From Vicugna vicugna (taxonomy: Eukaryota): a stretch of 64,000 nucleotides of DNA. The position numbers and the translations under genes were made by a program. Location: contig MU058213.1 in NCBI GenBank assembly GCA_013265495.1, positions 5,911,149 through 5,975,148 of the forward strand, read 5' to 3'. Positions 24,460 through 36,914 of the stretch are shown in pieces. Positions within the stretch are counted from its first letter, which is position 1; each line of letters starts with the position of its first letter. The notes below the pieces were generated by a model. The model saw only the letters and a list, made by a program, of their open reading frames with translations. It made no database searches and was not told the DNA's origin.

Positions 24460-25200
24460 TATAACAAATTTGAGAGAGAAAAATCTCATGGGGAAATGGT
24501 TTAAGTAGAATAAAACCAGATTATGAAAAAGTTTGGATGCCAGGCTGAGGAATCTGGATTAGATCCTGTAACCTAGAGAAGCTGTCTATAGTTTCGGAGC
24601 AAGTAAATGGTATAAGAAGACAGTCTCAACAGTTAAATTTAGAAATACTGTGAATAATAAAGGATGGAAAGACCAATTGGGGAAGATCAGATAAAAGCTG
24701 AAATGAGAGAGAAGGTAAAGCTATTACAAATATATTTTTTTAAACTGAACTATATTTAGAAATTTATGCTAGGAATGAAGAGAGATAAAGATGAGGCCCA
24801 TGTTTTCCCAGTCTGGGTGAATGAGAGGCACGGTGGCACTGGCACATTAGAAGAAACTGGAGACAAATGAAACATAAAGGTTTGAAATAGGAGAGGAATG
24901 AGTTTGCCTGTGACCTTGACTTTATGGAGACGTCTAGGCATTTACATGGAGCTCGCAACATACAGCATAGAGATCACAAAATAGAGCTAAAAATAAATAG
25001 TGTCTAAAATCCAACCATTTAGAGGAGCCAACAAAGTAAATCAAAAAGATACAAAGAATATTATGGTACATTAGAAAACAGAGGAATGTTTCAAAAAAGG
25101 AAAAGCAACAGTGCTTAACCACAAAGGAGTCTGAGAACTAAAAAATTAAAGGAATCTGAATTTATCAAGAGAAAAGGCATTGGTGACCTTTAAAAAACAA
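24460..25200 (-). mobile_element. L2 fragments in SLTM intron 20
   Basis: gatgccaggctgaggaatctggatt; ggcattggtgaccttt motifs. Confidence 0.55.
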
Positions 25201-25872
25201 GGACAGAAAGAGTGATGAGGCTGTGCAGGCACAAGTATAATAAACACTTGAGTGTGATGGTACAAGCAACCAATGGAATGGTTACTCGGGTCATGGAGCC
25301 AAGCCACTGTCTCTCTAAGACAGAGGAAAGGGAAAGAAAGAAGATCATGGGGGAGAGAGAGGCCAAAGACTTGCCAGCTGAACAGCCACAATGGATGTTG
25401 GTGTGAAGAGAAAATAAAGCTCGTCCCTTAGCATGTGAACAGGCTTTGGGATAAATATCCAAAAATGCTGCTAGAGTTATTTGAAATGGGAGAAAACAGA
25501 ACATCCTTTCAGTTTCTTCTTCCTTTCTAGGAATTTTAGGAATGATAGACACTGAGCAAGAATATGTTTCCAACATGAAATTACTATCTATTACCAACTG
25601 GATTCTGACATACATACCTATATATATCCAGATCAGGATGCCAGAATGCCAATCAACTAACTTACAATGAGGAATATTAACTAACAAATTAACATCAGCT
25701 GCCCTGCGTATAATCTCCTAGAGATTTTTAGTCAATATGCGGAAATATCTGGGCAGACCAAGGTTTGTTACTAGTTGCAATTCAATCTCTCATAAACTAC
25801 AATGACCTTTAAGGAAAAGATAAAGGTTTGGTCACATGCTGGCAGAAAAGTCTTAAATGATTAACTACTTAC

Positions 25873-26033
25873 CTTGTGTGCTGGGTTATCATGCCTGCTC
25901 CTGTCCGGCCATCACCCATTCGCCTCGCATCATGATAGCCAGGCCCTTGAGAAGGTGGACCATGCCATTCTTTCCTTGGTCCACTTGTGTCCCGTCCATG
26001 GCGTTCAACCACATGTCGTTCTTCAGGATAGTG
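25873..26033 (-). CDS. SLTM: SLTM exon 20
   Basis: HYPEERHVVERHGRDTSGPRKEWHGPPSQG...GMITQHT; tag/GTAAGT; 161 nt. Confidence 0.95.
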
Positions 26034-27569
26034 CTAAAGAATAACACATTAAGAGAAAAGTCAGGACAGCCTCAGCCTCAGGCCAATTTACTTAACGCTG
26101 GTGTACTGTTAATGTCAGAAGCAAATTAATAAGATGCCTGAGAAGATGACAGAATGAATAATATGAAGACAGTTTCCATCTATTCTGAAGTGAGAAATTA
26201 CTCAGGCTTCAGGGCAGGGTACGAGGGAAATGCTTTGGCACTGTTACTGCTATATCTTCTAGCACCCATGTACTTCCTGACCCTTGAGTCTATGTATAAC
26301 GCCTGGACCTATATGAAGAAGACGTACAGGGAGATCAAGCCCTGAAGACAAATCAGGGTGGAGTATACATCATCAACATGCAAACAGCGCAGAGGAACAG
26401 GAGCTCTCATCGTACTGTACACAGTACTAGCTAGTGCTACGCTCTTACAAGGTCCTACATCCATGACTGTGAAAGAAAAAAAAGAGTAGTGAACATAAAG
26501 AAACAAAAGCAAGAAGATTTGAGGGAAAAAAGAGTCAAAAGTTATGATACTTAGACTACAGAAAATAAAGCTGAAAGTGAACTACAGAGATACACTACCA
26601 TCAGAACACCTTATAGACCAACATCACAAAAACCAAATTGCCAGGGGATGGACAGGCTTTCCTCCTCAGGACACATTTTATAAAAGGGTATCTGAATGCA
26701 GGGGGCTAGTCTATGAGACTGCCTTGAATTTTACTTTAAATGAGGTGATATACCTGGATTATGTACCAAGTCTTAGAAGTTCTATTCAGAGTAAATAGCT
26801 CAGTGAGCTGATATACTGAACATTCCTACTTATTAGAAACATTAACACTTATAAATGCCAGCAGGCCCAAATCTGTTCCACAGTGCTCTGCATGAAATGG
26901 AAAGCACATAGTGGTATTAAGCAGCATGCCTGGAAATTCAAACATTTTCTGGTAAAAAATGTTGCTCAAAACCTAGGATATATTCAAATACAAAAGAGAA
27001 TATTGGAGTATAATGCAGGTTGAAGGATGGATACACACACACGCACTTCAGAATTCTTTTCTGTGCTGTTAATTTAAAGAGTATTCTATCTCTGCTACTA
27101 TCTCTGCATATGCCAGTATTTCACCAACAGAATGCTTTAAAAACAGGTAAAAGGTTTTTGTTCATTTGAATTGCTAAGAGATGTCCTCTGCCCAGGTTCA
27201 TTAACTTACAAAATATTCAAGTCAATGAACTGTCACAGGAGTAAAAAGCAATTAAAAAATATAAAATATTCCGCTTGCCTACCTTTGGAGATGGAAGAAC
27301 AAAAAAGAGACAAAAGTTTTATTTCAGTCTACACTTTAAGCTACTTAATGAAAGAGAAAAGGGAGAGTAATTTTTTTTTAAAGGAAAAAGTGAAAGAGAA
27401 ACACAAGTAGGGACCAAGTATTTTCCATCCGATTTGAAATCCTCAATTTCTTAAGAAAAATAAAATCAAACTCATCATTGGGAAGGCTCATCTACCAAAT
27501 ACAATTCCCAAATTTCAGCAGAGAGTTAGTAAAAACAGAATTAGAATTTCAGGGCTGTCATCCATTCTT

Positions 27570-27669
27570 GATGTATACCAGTCAGATCATTATGTTGTAC
27601 ACCTTAAACTTACCTGAACAGTGCCTGCTGTACGTCTATTATATCTAAATAAAACTGGGGGTGGGTGGG
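27570..27669 (+). mobile_element. Very short L1 3'-terminal insertion
   Basis: tcattatgttgtacaccttaaactta...tattatatctaaataaaactgg; direct repeat atttcagggct at ~27546-27556 and ~27670-27680. Confidence 0.6.
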
Positions 27670-27890
27670 ATTTCAGGGCTCATATCCTACTTCTCTGGGC
27701 TATATGTTCAACTACTGACTGTAAAATACAAGAAGCATTAAGATCTTTTATAAGAAGCTAGTCTCCCAATCATTCTAATCTAACTAGATTAGGTAGGCCA
27801 CACCAAAATGATGCAATGGATATGACATGACTCAGAAGTCCTCTAAATTTATTTCTGAAGAGTTGACAGTAAACCTTAATACGCATTTAC

Positions 27891-28035
27891 CTGTGCTCCA
27901 CTTCCCCGGTCTGCGATCACTCCCCTGTCTCCCTCTCTGTTTCCATAGCCTGAAGCGTTACTGCGATTCCCAGGCGGAGCCCCTCTCACACTGTGCCCTG
28001 ATACTTCTCTCCCAGATCGTTCTGGCCTTTCAACT
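27891..28035 (-). CDS. SLTM: SLTM exon 19
   Basis: RVERPERSGREVSGHSVRGAPPGNRS...DRGSGAQ; cag/GTAAAT; 145 nt. Confidence 0.94.
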
Positions 28036-28143
28036 CTGTTAAACGAAACACAGAAACACAATCAACACTCTACTACAACTTTTTAAAAAACCCAAATGCA
28101 TCACATACCACCATCAGCCAGGCATTAGAAACTACATAAATAC

Positions 28144-28458
28144 CTTGTTTCCCGCTTATCAGTGGACATGCCTCCTTCGCTTTTCCAGGAGGTTGGTCTA
28201 GATGGATTGGGCCCTCCGTCTCGAGGATGTCTAGGGTGAGTGATATCAGGCCTGTCGTGAATGATCACTGTTCTCCTCTCGTCTCGTTCCCCTCTCACTT
28301 CTCGCCTTTCTGTTTCTCTAAGTTCGTTTCTTGGTGGTGGAGGCTCATTTCTTCTGGAATCACTGAAATTTTTGGGGTACCTTTCAAAACCTGGATCTTC
28401 TCTTCGTGTAGTAGGACGTGCTTTTTTCCCTTCACTTTGACCAACAAAACGTTCTCGC
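28144..28458 (-). CDS. SLTM: SLTM exon 18
   Basis: RRERFVGQSEGKKARP...PTSWKSEGGMSTDKRET; tag/GTATTT; 315 nt. Confidence 0.94.
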
Positions 28459-28881
28459 CTATTACCAAAACAAAGAACACAGGTCCTGAGACGAACTTAC
28501 ATTTAAACTGAGCTAAATGTCTGGCACGGATGCTGGTTTTTTGGTATCCAAGGGGAATTACATCAAACACTCAAGTCATACCAGCCTGAAGTGCTCTTTA
28601 CTGTTCTTCACAACTGAGGCACATCCAAAGCTAACAGTACTCCCAATTAGTTTTTAAGATAAAGAAGATAAAGCCGAACTATTCGACCTTGTTATGGTGG
28701 CCTATTAAACTAATTCTGAATACTGTCACATTCCCATTAACAAAAACAAAAACCAAACATAATTTGTCCTTAACACACAGTTATAACCTGTACTTTTCAA
28801 TTAAGATTTTAATAGAGAACCAAACTTATCGCTGGCAAGGCTCATATACCAAATACAACAATTTTCAACACATCTGTTTAC

Positions 28882-29052
28882 CTTTCAAAAGATGAAGACG
28901 GTATCGATGAACTCTCAGGAAACCTGCCCCGCTCTCGGTGATCAAAATCATTAAATCTATTCTGTTGGCGAGAGTAGTCAGAGCCATGGCCAAATCGTGC
29001 ATCTGTATCTAGAGACAACTTTTTATTCTCGCTCCAGTAAGGATCATCTCGC
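28882..29052 (-). CDS. SLTM: SLTM exon 17
   Basis: RRDDPYWSENKKLSLDTDARFGHGSDYSRQQNRF...SSSFE; aag/GTAAAC; 171 nt. Confidence 0.95.
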
Positions 29053-29883
29053 CTTGAAGAGAAATATTTGCTCATTTATATAAATTATTTTACAGCAATC
29101 AAATAACATTTACTTGGAGTCATACATACCACATGCTAGGAACTGTGAATACAGAGCACTAATAAACTCAAGACAAAGCATTCTGTTATGAGAACAAGCT
29201 AGCAAAAAATTATTAAATTATGTTAAGTCATGTAAGTGTTACAGGAATTTCACAAGACAGCTGAAAAATTATTTGTTTTAAAATTATTAAATGGAAAAGA
29301 CAAATAAGATAAAATACTTGATACCACTTTATAATAAAATTCTAACCAGCAGTACACAACCTTTTCTGTTGCACTTAATTTTGGAAAGGTTAGAGAGGTT
29401 AAGACCCAACCATATTTCATTCATTCCACTTATTCCTCAGCACAATCAACTAAATCCCATAGTATTTATATTCAGAAAATTAAATGACTGTATTATATTT
29501 TGAAATCTATTAAGAACCATGAACGGAAGCACACCACAGAATCTATTTTTAGTCTTCCCAAGTTTACGACTTCCATTTCTGTACACTATCCTATAAGGAT
29601 TTTCAAAATGGGCCTGGGTTTGGGAAGCATGACTGAAACCTCCCATGTATTTCCAGCCATAATGGAAAAACATTTGGCATTAGGAAGGTAAGCAGGGAAA
29701 GAAGAGCAGACTCTTCTCACTTGACAATGCATGGGGTTCAACCCGAGACTGCAATCATTCCCATCCCTGTTGATCACGACTTTTTACTCCAGTGAGGGGC
29801 ACTTGTACTTTCTAACTCTCTTGTTAGTCTTAGCTTGAATGAAGTAATACAGCAAGGAACTGTTGAAGAAAGCAAGCAACTAC

Positions 29884-30008
29884 CTATGATCTACATCACG
29901 TGGGCGTTTCAAAGAATTCCTCTTTTCTTGTTCATAACGAAGCTGCTGCTGCTGCCTTCTCAGCTCCTCTCGTTCTCGAGCAATACGTTCGGCTTCCTTA
30001 CGACGTTC
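29884..30008 (-). CDS. SLTM: SLTM exon 16
   Basis: ERRKEAERIAREREELRRQQQQLRYEQEKRNSLKRPRDVDH; aag/GTAGTT; 125 nt. Confidence 0.94.
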
Positions 30009-30742
30009 CTTCACACAACACAGAAGGAAGAACCAACCAATGCAAAATGAAAACATAAGGTAAGTATATATGCAACCTTGTTGTAATCCTGTCATTAAGA
30101 AAGCATCATAGGCAAGCACCAGGCAAAACACATACCTCGGACAAATCAATAACAAATTTGACTCCGGTAATTGGCAATCTAGGCTATGACTACTGTTCTG
30201 CAACATTAAAATTAACACAGATTGGGTGGTGAAAGCTGGCAAGTACTTGGGAAGGTCAGATTTAATCATTTGTAACAAAAGCACCTAAAGGGAATTAGAA
30301 ATAGAGTTCTTAATATGTATGAAAACTAAGTGCCTTAAAATCCTGGATGCAATTCTGCAAAGAGAGGCATTAATTCCTTCCAGCCTTGGGAAATCATTCC
30401 CATGAGAATTGTAAGGAAGTAGTTATTATTTTCTACAAATGGGATAGTGACAGAGCCTGGATTACAACTACTCTGGACTCATAGTCCTATGCTCAGACTG
30501 TTAGGCTGCCATGATATTGCAGAGCTCAAGTTATTACCAGTTGGCTAGAACAAAGTCACTACTAAATGTATTTTTAACTAGCACCTAATTCACTATTATC
30601 TTTCAGGGATACTTAATATATGCTCATTAGCTGAACTCATTCTCTATAGAAGCTTTACAACAAGTAAAGCAAATTTTAGGGCAAAAGTCACAGGGTTTGA
30701 AAAAGGTCAGTTATTTAAGATGAAAAGATTTTCTGACTGCAC

Positions 30743-30923
30743 CTGTTCAATACGAATGCGTTCCCTTTCCAAGCGTTCGCGTTCCATCCTCTCTCTCTCT
30801 AGTTTTTGCCTTTCAATTTCTAGGCGCTCTCTCTCTCTCTGTAAGCGTTCCCGTTCTTCCCGTTCACGAATTATTCTAATGCGTTCTCGCTCTCGACGCT
30901 CTCTTTCTGCAATCTCTCTTCGT
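30743..30923 (-). CDS. SLTM: SLTM exon 15 (Arg/Glu-rich coiled coil)
   Basis: RRREIAERERRERERIRIIREREERERLQRERERLEIERQKLERERMERERLERERIRIEQ; tag/GTGCAG; 181 nt. Confidence 0.95.
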
Positions 30924-31569
30924 CTAACAAAAATCAGTATTTAGAAATACTTAAATTATGCTAGCACTGTGTGAAAGAGAATAGCTTTTGAATTTGTATT
31001 TTTCCTTGAGGTTGGCAATTTTAAACTTCAACTCATTCTATGTAGTTTTAATGTAATTGGAAAGAGAACTCAAAATAAAACTTCAAACAAATTTCAATAC
31101 TGTCACTTATTTATTAAAGACTATCAACTGAACAGCTTAATTTTATAGAGCAGTTGCCTCTAAGATGACTGCTGTTTAAATAAAATTCCCACTATAATAA
31201 TAGCCCATCAATTAATCAACATTTTAAAAAGGAAAGATTCTATATATGTGAATTTACAAAACTACAATTTCCATTGTTTTTGACAGAAAAATTTCCAGAA
31301 TCTAGGCTATATTCTATCTCCTTAAACAAGGTAGAATTTACTTTTGATGACTTGGGATCATAACCATCAACATGAATTATGGCAAAATCTATATATAATA
31401 AACGGCTGCCCTCAAGACCTCTTTTGGAGTTTCGCTTGTCTGTAACAGATGGCTCCAGGTAACATGCTTCTTTGAGTCAGGAGATAGTTCAAAAGTTTGC
31501 TGAACTAAATTAAGCCCTGCATTAGACTTTTAACAGCGTTTTTATCATTTCCTCACTCTAAGGCACCCA

Positions 31570-32350
31570 GAATATTTTGTCTATCAGCATGTCTTCCCCT
31601 AGTACTGCCCCCATGCAAATCTGAAGGGCATTCTTAATTATCACAATGACTAAGGGGCTGTTACCAGCATTAGTGAGGGACCAAAGATTCTAAATTTCTT
31701 ATGATGCACGGAACAGTCAGGACTGTCCTGCATAACAAACAACCTGTCCAACGCTCCTAATACCTTTTAAACGCCATAATGGACATTCATGTCGTTAAAA
31801 CAAAACAAAATCACCTTTAGGAAAAAAAAATCTGACTCTAGAACTTAACCCATTTTTAATAAATGCTAAATTGGTTTGCTGTGGCATAGTTTTATATACA
31901 CTAAAATTTCCAGGAATGCAACTTGATATAGAGGGAAAATTATACTTTGAGAACTTCTCCAAGAGTTGGTCACCATTTCAGAAATGATGTCAACACCACT
32001 CTTGGTATTTGACTAACTAATACGACACTAACCAATACGACACACTGATAACAATCTGTGTTTGTAGCTGTCACATTCTCACTGAGTCTAGAGAGGAGTG
32101 CAAACAGCTGACTACTTCATTATGTCTTCTAGAGAGCCATGCCTGAACATTCGTATCTGGAATATATGCTTCATTATAAATTACTTTTATTTCTCCCTTA
32201 TATTAGAGTTAAGGTATTATATTGATATTTTGGAAATTATTTTATAGGTAGGCATATTATATATTAATTTCATTTCAGAATAGTAAAGAAGGTACAGCAA
32301 CTTTCTTTTATGTAAAAGGGATGCTGGTCTGGTAGGTTTGAGAATTGATG
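31570..32350. mobile_element. MER20B-like hAT element
   Basis: tatacactaaaatttccaggaatgcaact...ccaagagttggtcaccatttcagaaa; ends ggtttgagaattgatg. Confidence 0.6.
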
Positions 32351-32899
32351 CTCTAATAACTCTCACTCTGCTCCCAACATGTCATCTAAACAGGAAGCTA
32401 AGCATATTGAGACTTCAGCAAAAAAACGGAAAACAGATTCTGAGTAATGCAAGGATGATTTCCTTTTAGTATAACGTGTGGCAATCACAGTATTATTTAA
32501 GTTGCTAGAAGTATCTCTGGTAGTTCCAAACAATCTTGTGAATGAATAGATGAAATTCCATGATGAGTGACCATTTGACAATATAGGTTAATATTTGGAA
32601 ATTCATACTATAAAGAATATTTCAAGAGTACTTTAAGTGTCAACCAAAAGTCAATAATGAAAGCAAACAGGCACTCATGAGATATTGTCACTAAAAATAG
32701 AAATGTTTTGTTTTGTTCTCAATTTGTTTTAAAGAGAATGCCTGTGTTGGGACAGAGCTTGAACACAGGAAGCTTCCTTCACTTGGGATCTAATTCAAAG
32801 TACAATGGATTTTTCCTATGTCAGCATACTATTTGATCACTGTAGCTTACACTACCTTATCACAGAATCAATTTTTCCTTTAATGTTATGTTTTTTATG

Positions 32900-33130
32900 G
32901 CGGCAGCTTTGGAGTAGAGGAAAGAGCATTGGACTTGGAGTCAGAAGACTTGGGTCTGAGTCCCGACTCTGCCACTCATTAGCCATGTGGCGTTGGAAGA
33001 GTCATTTAGCCTCTCTGGGCCTCCATTTTTTTCAAATACATAACGGACATAACTAACTTTACAGAGCTGTCGAGATACAGATAATAGAAAGATATATTAT
33101 AACTTGTAAAATGCTATCCAAACTTAAGAA
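32900..33130 (+). mobile_element. MIR SINE
   Basis: ggaaagagcattggacttggagtcagaagacttgggtctgagtcccgactctgccact...tttagcctctctgggcctcc. Confidence 0.85.
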
Positions 33131-33266
33131 ATTAGGTTTTACTGCAGTTCTTAAAAGTGAGAAACATCTTTCTACAACAATACAGTTTCCTACAAATCTG
33201 ATTTATAACTAGTGTTACAGATGTACCTATAGTTACAGACAGGTATAAAACAGAATCTTTTCCTAC

Positions 33267-33430
33267 CTTCGAAGTTCCATTGCTCGTCGCAATCTTTCAA
33301 AACGAACTAAATGTTCTCTCAATCTTTGTTCCTTCATCTTTTCAAAAGGCAAGATGTCTTTCCTCCTATAGTCCTTGTCCCTTTTTTTATCTAAGCTAGC
33401 TCTCTCCTTTTCCTTGCTTCTTCCATGAAT
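33267..33430 (-). CDS. SLTM: SLTM exon 14
   Basis: IHGRSKEKERASLDKKRDKDYRRKDILPFEKMKEQRLREHLVRFERLRRAMELR; tag/GTAGGA; 164 nt. Confidence 0.95.
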
Positions 33431-33633
33431 CTATGGGAAAAAAATTGTAATAGGACTAGATGTTAAAATAATTTTGTTTTTCAAATTGAGCTGGTCATTT
33501 AAGAAGTTTAAATGAGTAATGGCACTCCTCTTTTCTCAGATTTTCTAGTGTGGAAGTATATAAAAATGGTCACAGAGATACTGAATTATCTTCTTTTGGA
33601 AACAGGTGGAAAATATCCCTCTCAGAGACTTAC

Positions 33634-33719
33634 TTTCTCATATCTTCCCCTTCTTGATGGTCTACAATGATCCCCTTTAGTTTGGTCTAGTATTACCATA
33701 TGTCCTGGACTCTTTGAAC
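33634..33719 (-). CDS. SLTM: SLTM exon 13
   Basis: SSKSPGHMVILDQTKGDHCRPSRRGRYEK; tag/GTAAGT; 86 nt. Confidence 0.94.
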
Positions 33720-34193
33720 CTAGGAGAAAAAAAAATTAGATAAGCAAATGCCTAAAAATATTTCATTATAAGATAAAAATAAATATAATGTAAAATGTTG
33801 ACTTCTTATACAACCAGATATTCACAAACCAATACATGAAATAAAAAATGTATTCTATAAGAACTTAAACGTAAAGTTTTTAGAGCTCAGTCTACTACCA
33901 TAAATATTTCAGTGATACCAAAAGATCAATTAAACAGCTATTAATCAACGACCATTTTCAGTCAGCCCAGATTTAATAGTAAATAGGTTGAGCTGGAAGA
34001 AGATATCTGTTTCCTAAGAGTGGAAAAGGAGAAGACCATCAGTCCTATTAGAGCTCCTTTTCTACCACAGCGATATCTAATAATGAAGTGGAAATGTTTA
34101 TCTGGACTGAGAAAACAAGTTTCCCCTTCCACAGTAAAAATTAAGCTGTAGGACACATAAGAAAGGGATTAAGAAGAAAGATACATAGCATAC

Positions 34194-34360
34194 TTATTCG
34201 TTTCTTTTCTTCACTTTTTTTAATCGATTCTGAAGTTTGGCCACTTGATCCATTATCATTCTTCTCATCTTTACCTTCCATTTTCTTAGTATCCTTGCTT
34301 TCTTTTTTATCAGCTTTCTCAGATGACCTTTTCTCTTCTTTTTTGACTGAGGCTTGTGTC
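34194..34360 (-). CDS. SLTM: SLTM exon 12
   Basis: KTQASVKKEEKRSSEK...KKSEEKKRI; cag/GTATGC; 167 nt. Confidence 0.93.
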
Positions 34361-34458
34361 CTGACCATACCACCCCACACAAGAAAACACCAGAATCAGA
34401 ACCACTTCATCAATGTACCAAAAAAGTCCATGTACTTATTAAAAAAATAAATCCTTAC

Positions 34459-34562
34459 TTGCTACTTCTATCACTCATATTTTTTTTGTCTCCAGAACTT
34501 CTTGAACTACTTTTCTCATCATTTTCTTTCTTCAGTTCTTTCTTAGAAGGATCACCTTTAAC
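34459..34562 (-). CDS. SLTM: SLTM exon 11
   Basis: VKGDPSKKELKKENDEKSSSRSSGDKKNMSDRSS; cag/GTAAGG; 104 nt. Confidence 0.94.
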
Positions 34563-34789
34563 CTGAAAGGTTTAAATAGAAAAAAATATGTAAGTTTCCA
34601 AGTTACATTTTAATGTTTATAAAAAGTATGTTGATGATAGGAAATTTGGAAAACAGAAGTAAAAAAAACAAAAATGAATAAAAATAAAAATCATTTCTAA
34701 GTCTACTTCCTACCAGTGTAACATCTTTAAATTGAGAATTACTAGCCCTCAAAGTAACCTCCCTTTTATTAACAGTTAGGCAAGCTTAC

Positions 34790-34939
34790 TTTTTCAACAG
34801 ATATTAGCTGTCCATGCAGCTCAGTGCGATGAAGATGTGCAATACATCTGGACACCTCTGTGCTTGAAGACATAGTTACAATGCCATAGCACTTTGCTCC
34901 AGGACTTCGAGCATTTGTAACTACCTTTGCACTCAGAAC
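34790..34939 (-). CDS. SLTM: SLTM exon 10 (RRM C-part, RNP1)
   Basis: [50 protein letters not shown]; cag/GTAAGC; 150 nt. Confidence 0.96.
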
Positions 34940-36795
34940 CTGTAAAATGAGATTATACTTCAGAAAGTTTTATAACTTTACAACTACAACTTTACAACAT
35001 ATCTACAAAATATCTAGATATTTACAACGTATCTATGAAACTTTACAATGGAGACTATTCAAATGAAAGCATGTGTTCAGGATATACAAATTCAGGATAA
35101 AGGATACATTGATGATGTATATAATTGTTTCATATTCTTGCAATCACCATCTACCTTGCCTACTTAGTAAAATTCAGGGGAACAATTTAAAGGGTCAAAG
35201 CACAATTTAACCTAGTTTTAGTTTCTTCATTTTTTTTTTCAAACACATCATCAAAATACAAGCATTCCCATCAATGAAGTAATGGTACAATTAATGAAAG
35301 CAAAGAAACAATATACTCAATTAGATTTGAGCCAAAGTCTCCCTATCAAAGACCCACCCTGAATCTCTTAAAGATAGGAAAAAAAAAACTGTAAGTGTCC
35401 AAAAAGTGTCTAGATAAGTGTTAACACTTTTCTATGAGTCACTGTAAGAAACTTTAAAAAATAAAGAATTTGCATGTAAAAAGGCAGCCTTAAAAATATA
35501 CTCTAAAAACACACTTTCCATCTATGTACTTTTAAACTATGTATCAATAAAAAAAATGACACTTTCAATTCTATAACATGAACAGCTGCAAGAGACAACA
35601 CAGGGATGGGTGAGTGAAAAGAAAAGGTAGAGAGAACAACCTAGTGCTGAACAAATACTACACAGATGTCATGTCAGGAAGAGGTACACAGGGAATTTAG
35701 GAGGTTGTATGGCGTGGCTGGCTGAAAACTATCAAACTATGTCAACCCCGGGAAGGGCTGACTCACCCCAACAGCAATTTAATTTTAAGCCCAAGATCCT
35801 TGTTGTATGTGCATTAGTATTCGTACACAGTTTTAGTCCTAAAAAATGCCATCGAAATATTATTTTTATACCTCTAACAGAACCAAAAATATATTACAGC
35901 TGATCATGGGACTACAATTCTCAGTGTTCTGTCTGTGACTCCTACAAGAATTTCCTTAATGCTGAGGCAACTCTCTAATTAGAAGGAAAAAAAACAGCTC
36001 CTAAAATAAACAAGATTTTTGTAACATTCATTAATGGCTACTTGCTAATACTTGAAAGCCTACCATGTGCACACAAAGTATAATAGATAAGATACCTGCT
36101 ATTAAAGAGCTTACCCCACAGCAGGTTACATATGATGTGTTATCGAAAACTAAAATGTAAAGTAGAAAGCAGTGAGTGCCCTATGGGATGCAGATCAAGT
36201 GCAATTTAATTCGACAGCTATTAACAGAATATTCAATTCATTATTGACTATTCTTCTCTTCCATTAGGTGTCCCCTTATATGCCAGAGAAACTTCTGATG
36301 AACCAACCAGAGTAAAAGCCTCTCTTTTTGCTCTCTTGGCACTCTGCACTCATCCTTCATATCAAAACTTCTGATTAAGTCTATCTTAACAGTTTTACAT
36401 TTTTCTCCACCACTCTACTGGAATCTGTACGATGACAGGGACTACATCCATTTTGTAGTCAAATTCTATTGCCTAATATTAGTCTACCTATGTTTTCCGG
36501 ATGACCAGATCAGCCTCAGCAATTCTAGTTCCTAGAAAAACTATGATGAATTTAACAAATGAAACTCAGTCCTTGATTTAAATGGGCTCAAAATATGAGC
36601 TCTTAATACAAAGATCCCCAGGGCTCAGAGTGAGATTATATGATGAAACTCACCATTACCACAGAACTCAATAATTATGCCTATAACAGTCCTGAGAGAG
36701 TTAAAAAATTGGATTTTATTTATACTGTTTTGAATACAACCCTTGTTTAACATGGAGATACTAGAAAGACGGTTAAAAAGGTAAAAAGAATGTAC

Positions 36796-36914
36796 CTTTC
36801 CATATTTGCCAAAAAGGTTCTTCAAATCAGCAGCTTTGGTATTAGAAGAAAGTCCACTAACCCAGATATTTTTAGTTGAGCTTCCACTGCTACCACTAGT
36901 ACTACTTGTACTTC
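36796..36914 (-). CDS. SLTM: SLTM exon 9 (RRM N-part, RNP2)
   Basis: [40 protein letters not shown]; cag/GT; 119 nt. Confidence 0.96.

Noticed and set aside
25146..25687. 165-aa minus-strand ORF in intron 20
   Set aside because: No domain resemblance, non-ATG start, adjacent to L2 debris, and not needed for the SLTM frame.
26305..26400. Translation EEDV...GGVYIINM faintly resembles RPSA (possible processed pseudogene)
   Set aside because: The spacing does not match, the similarity covers only a few residues, and there is no tail or TSD; more likely chance or a decayed L2.
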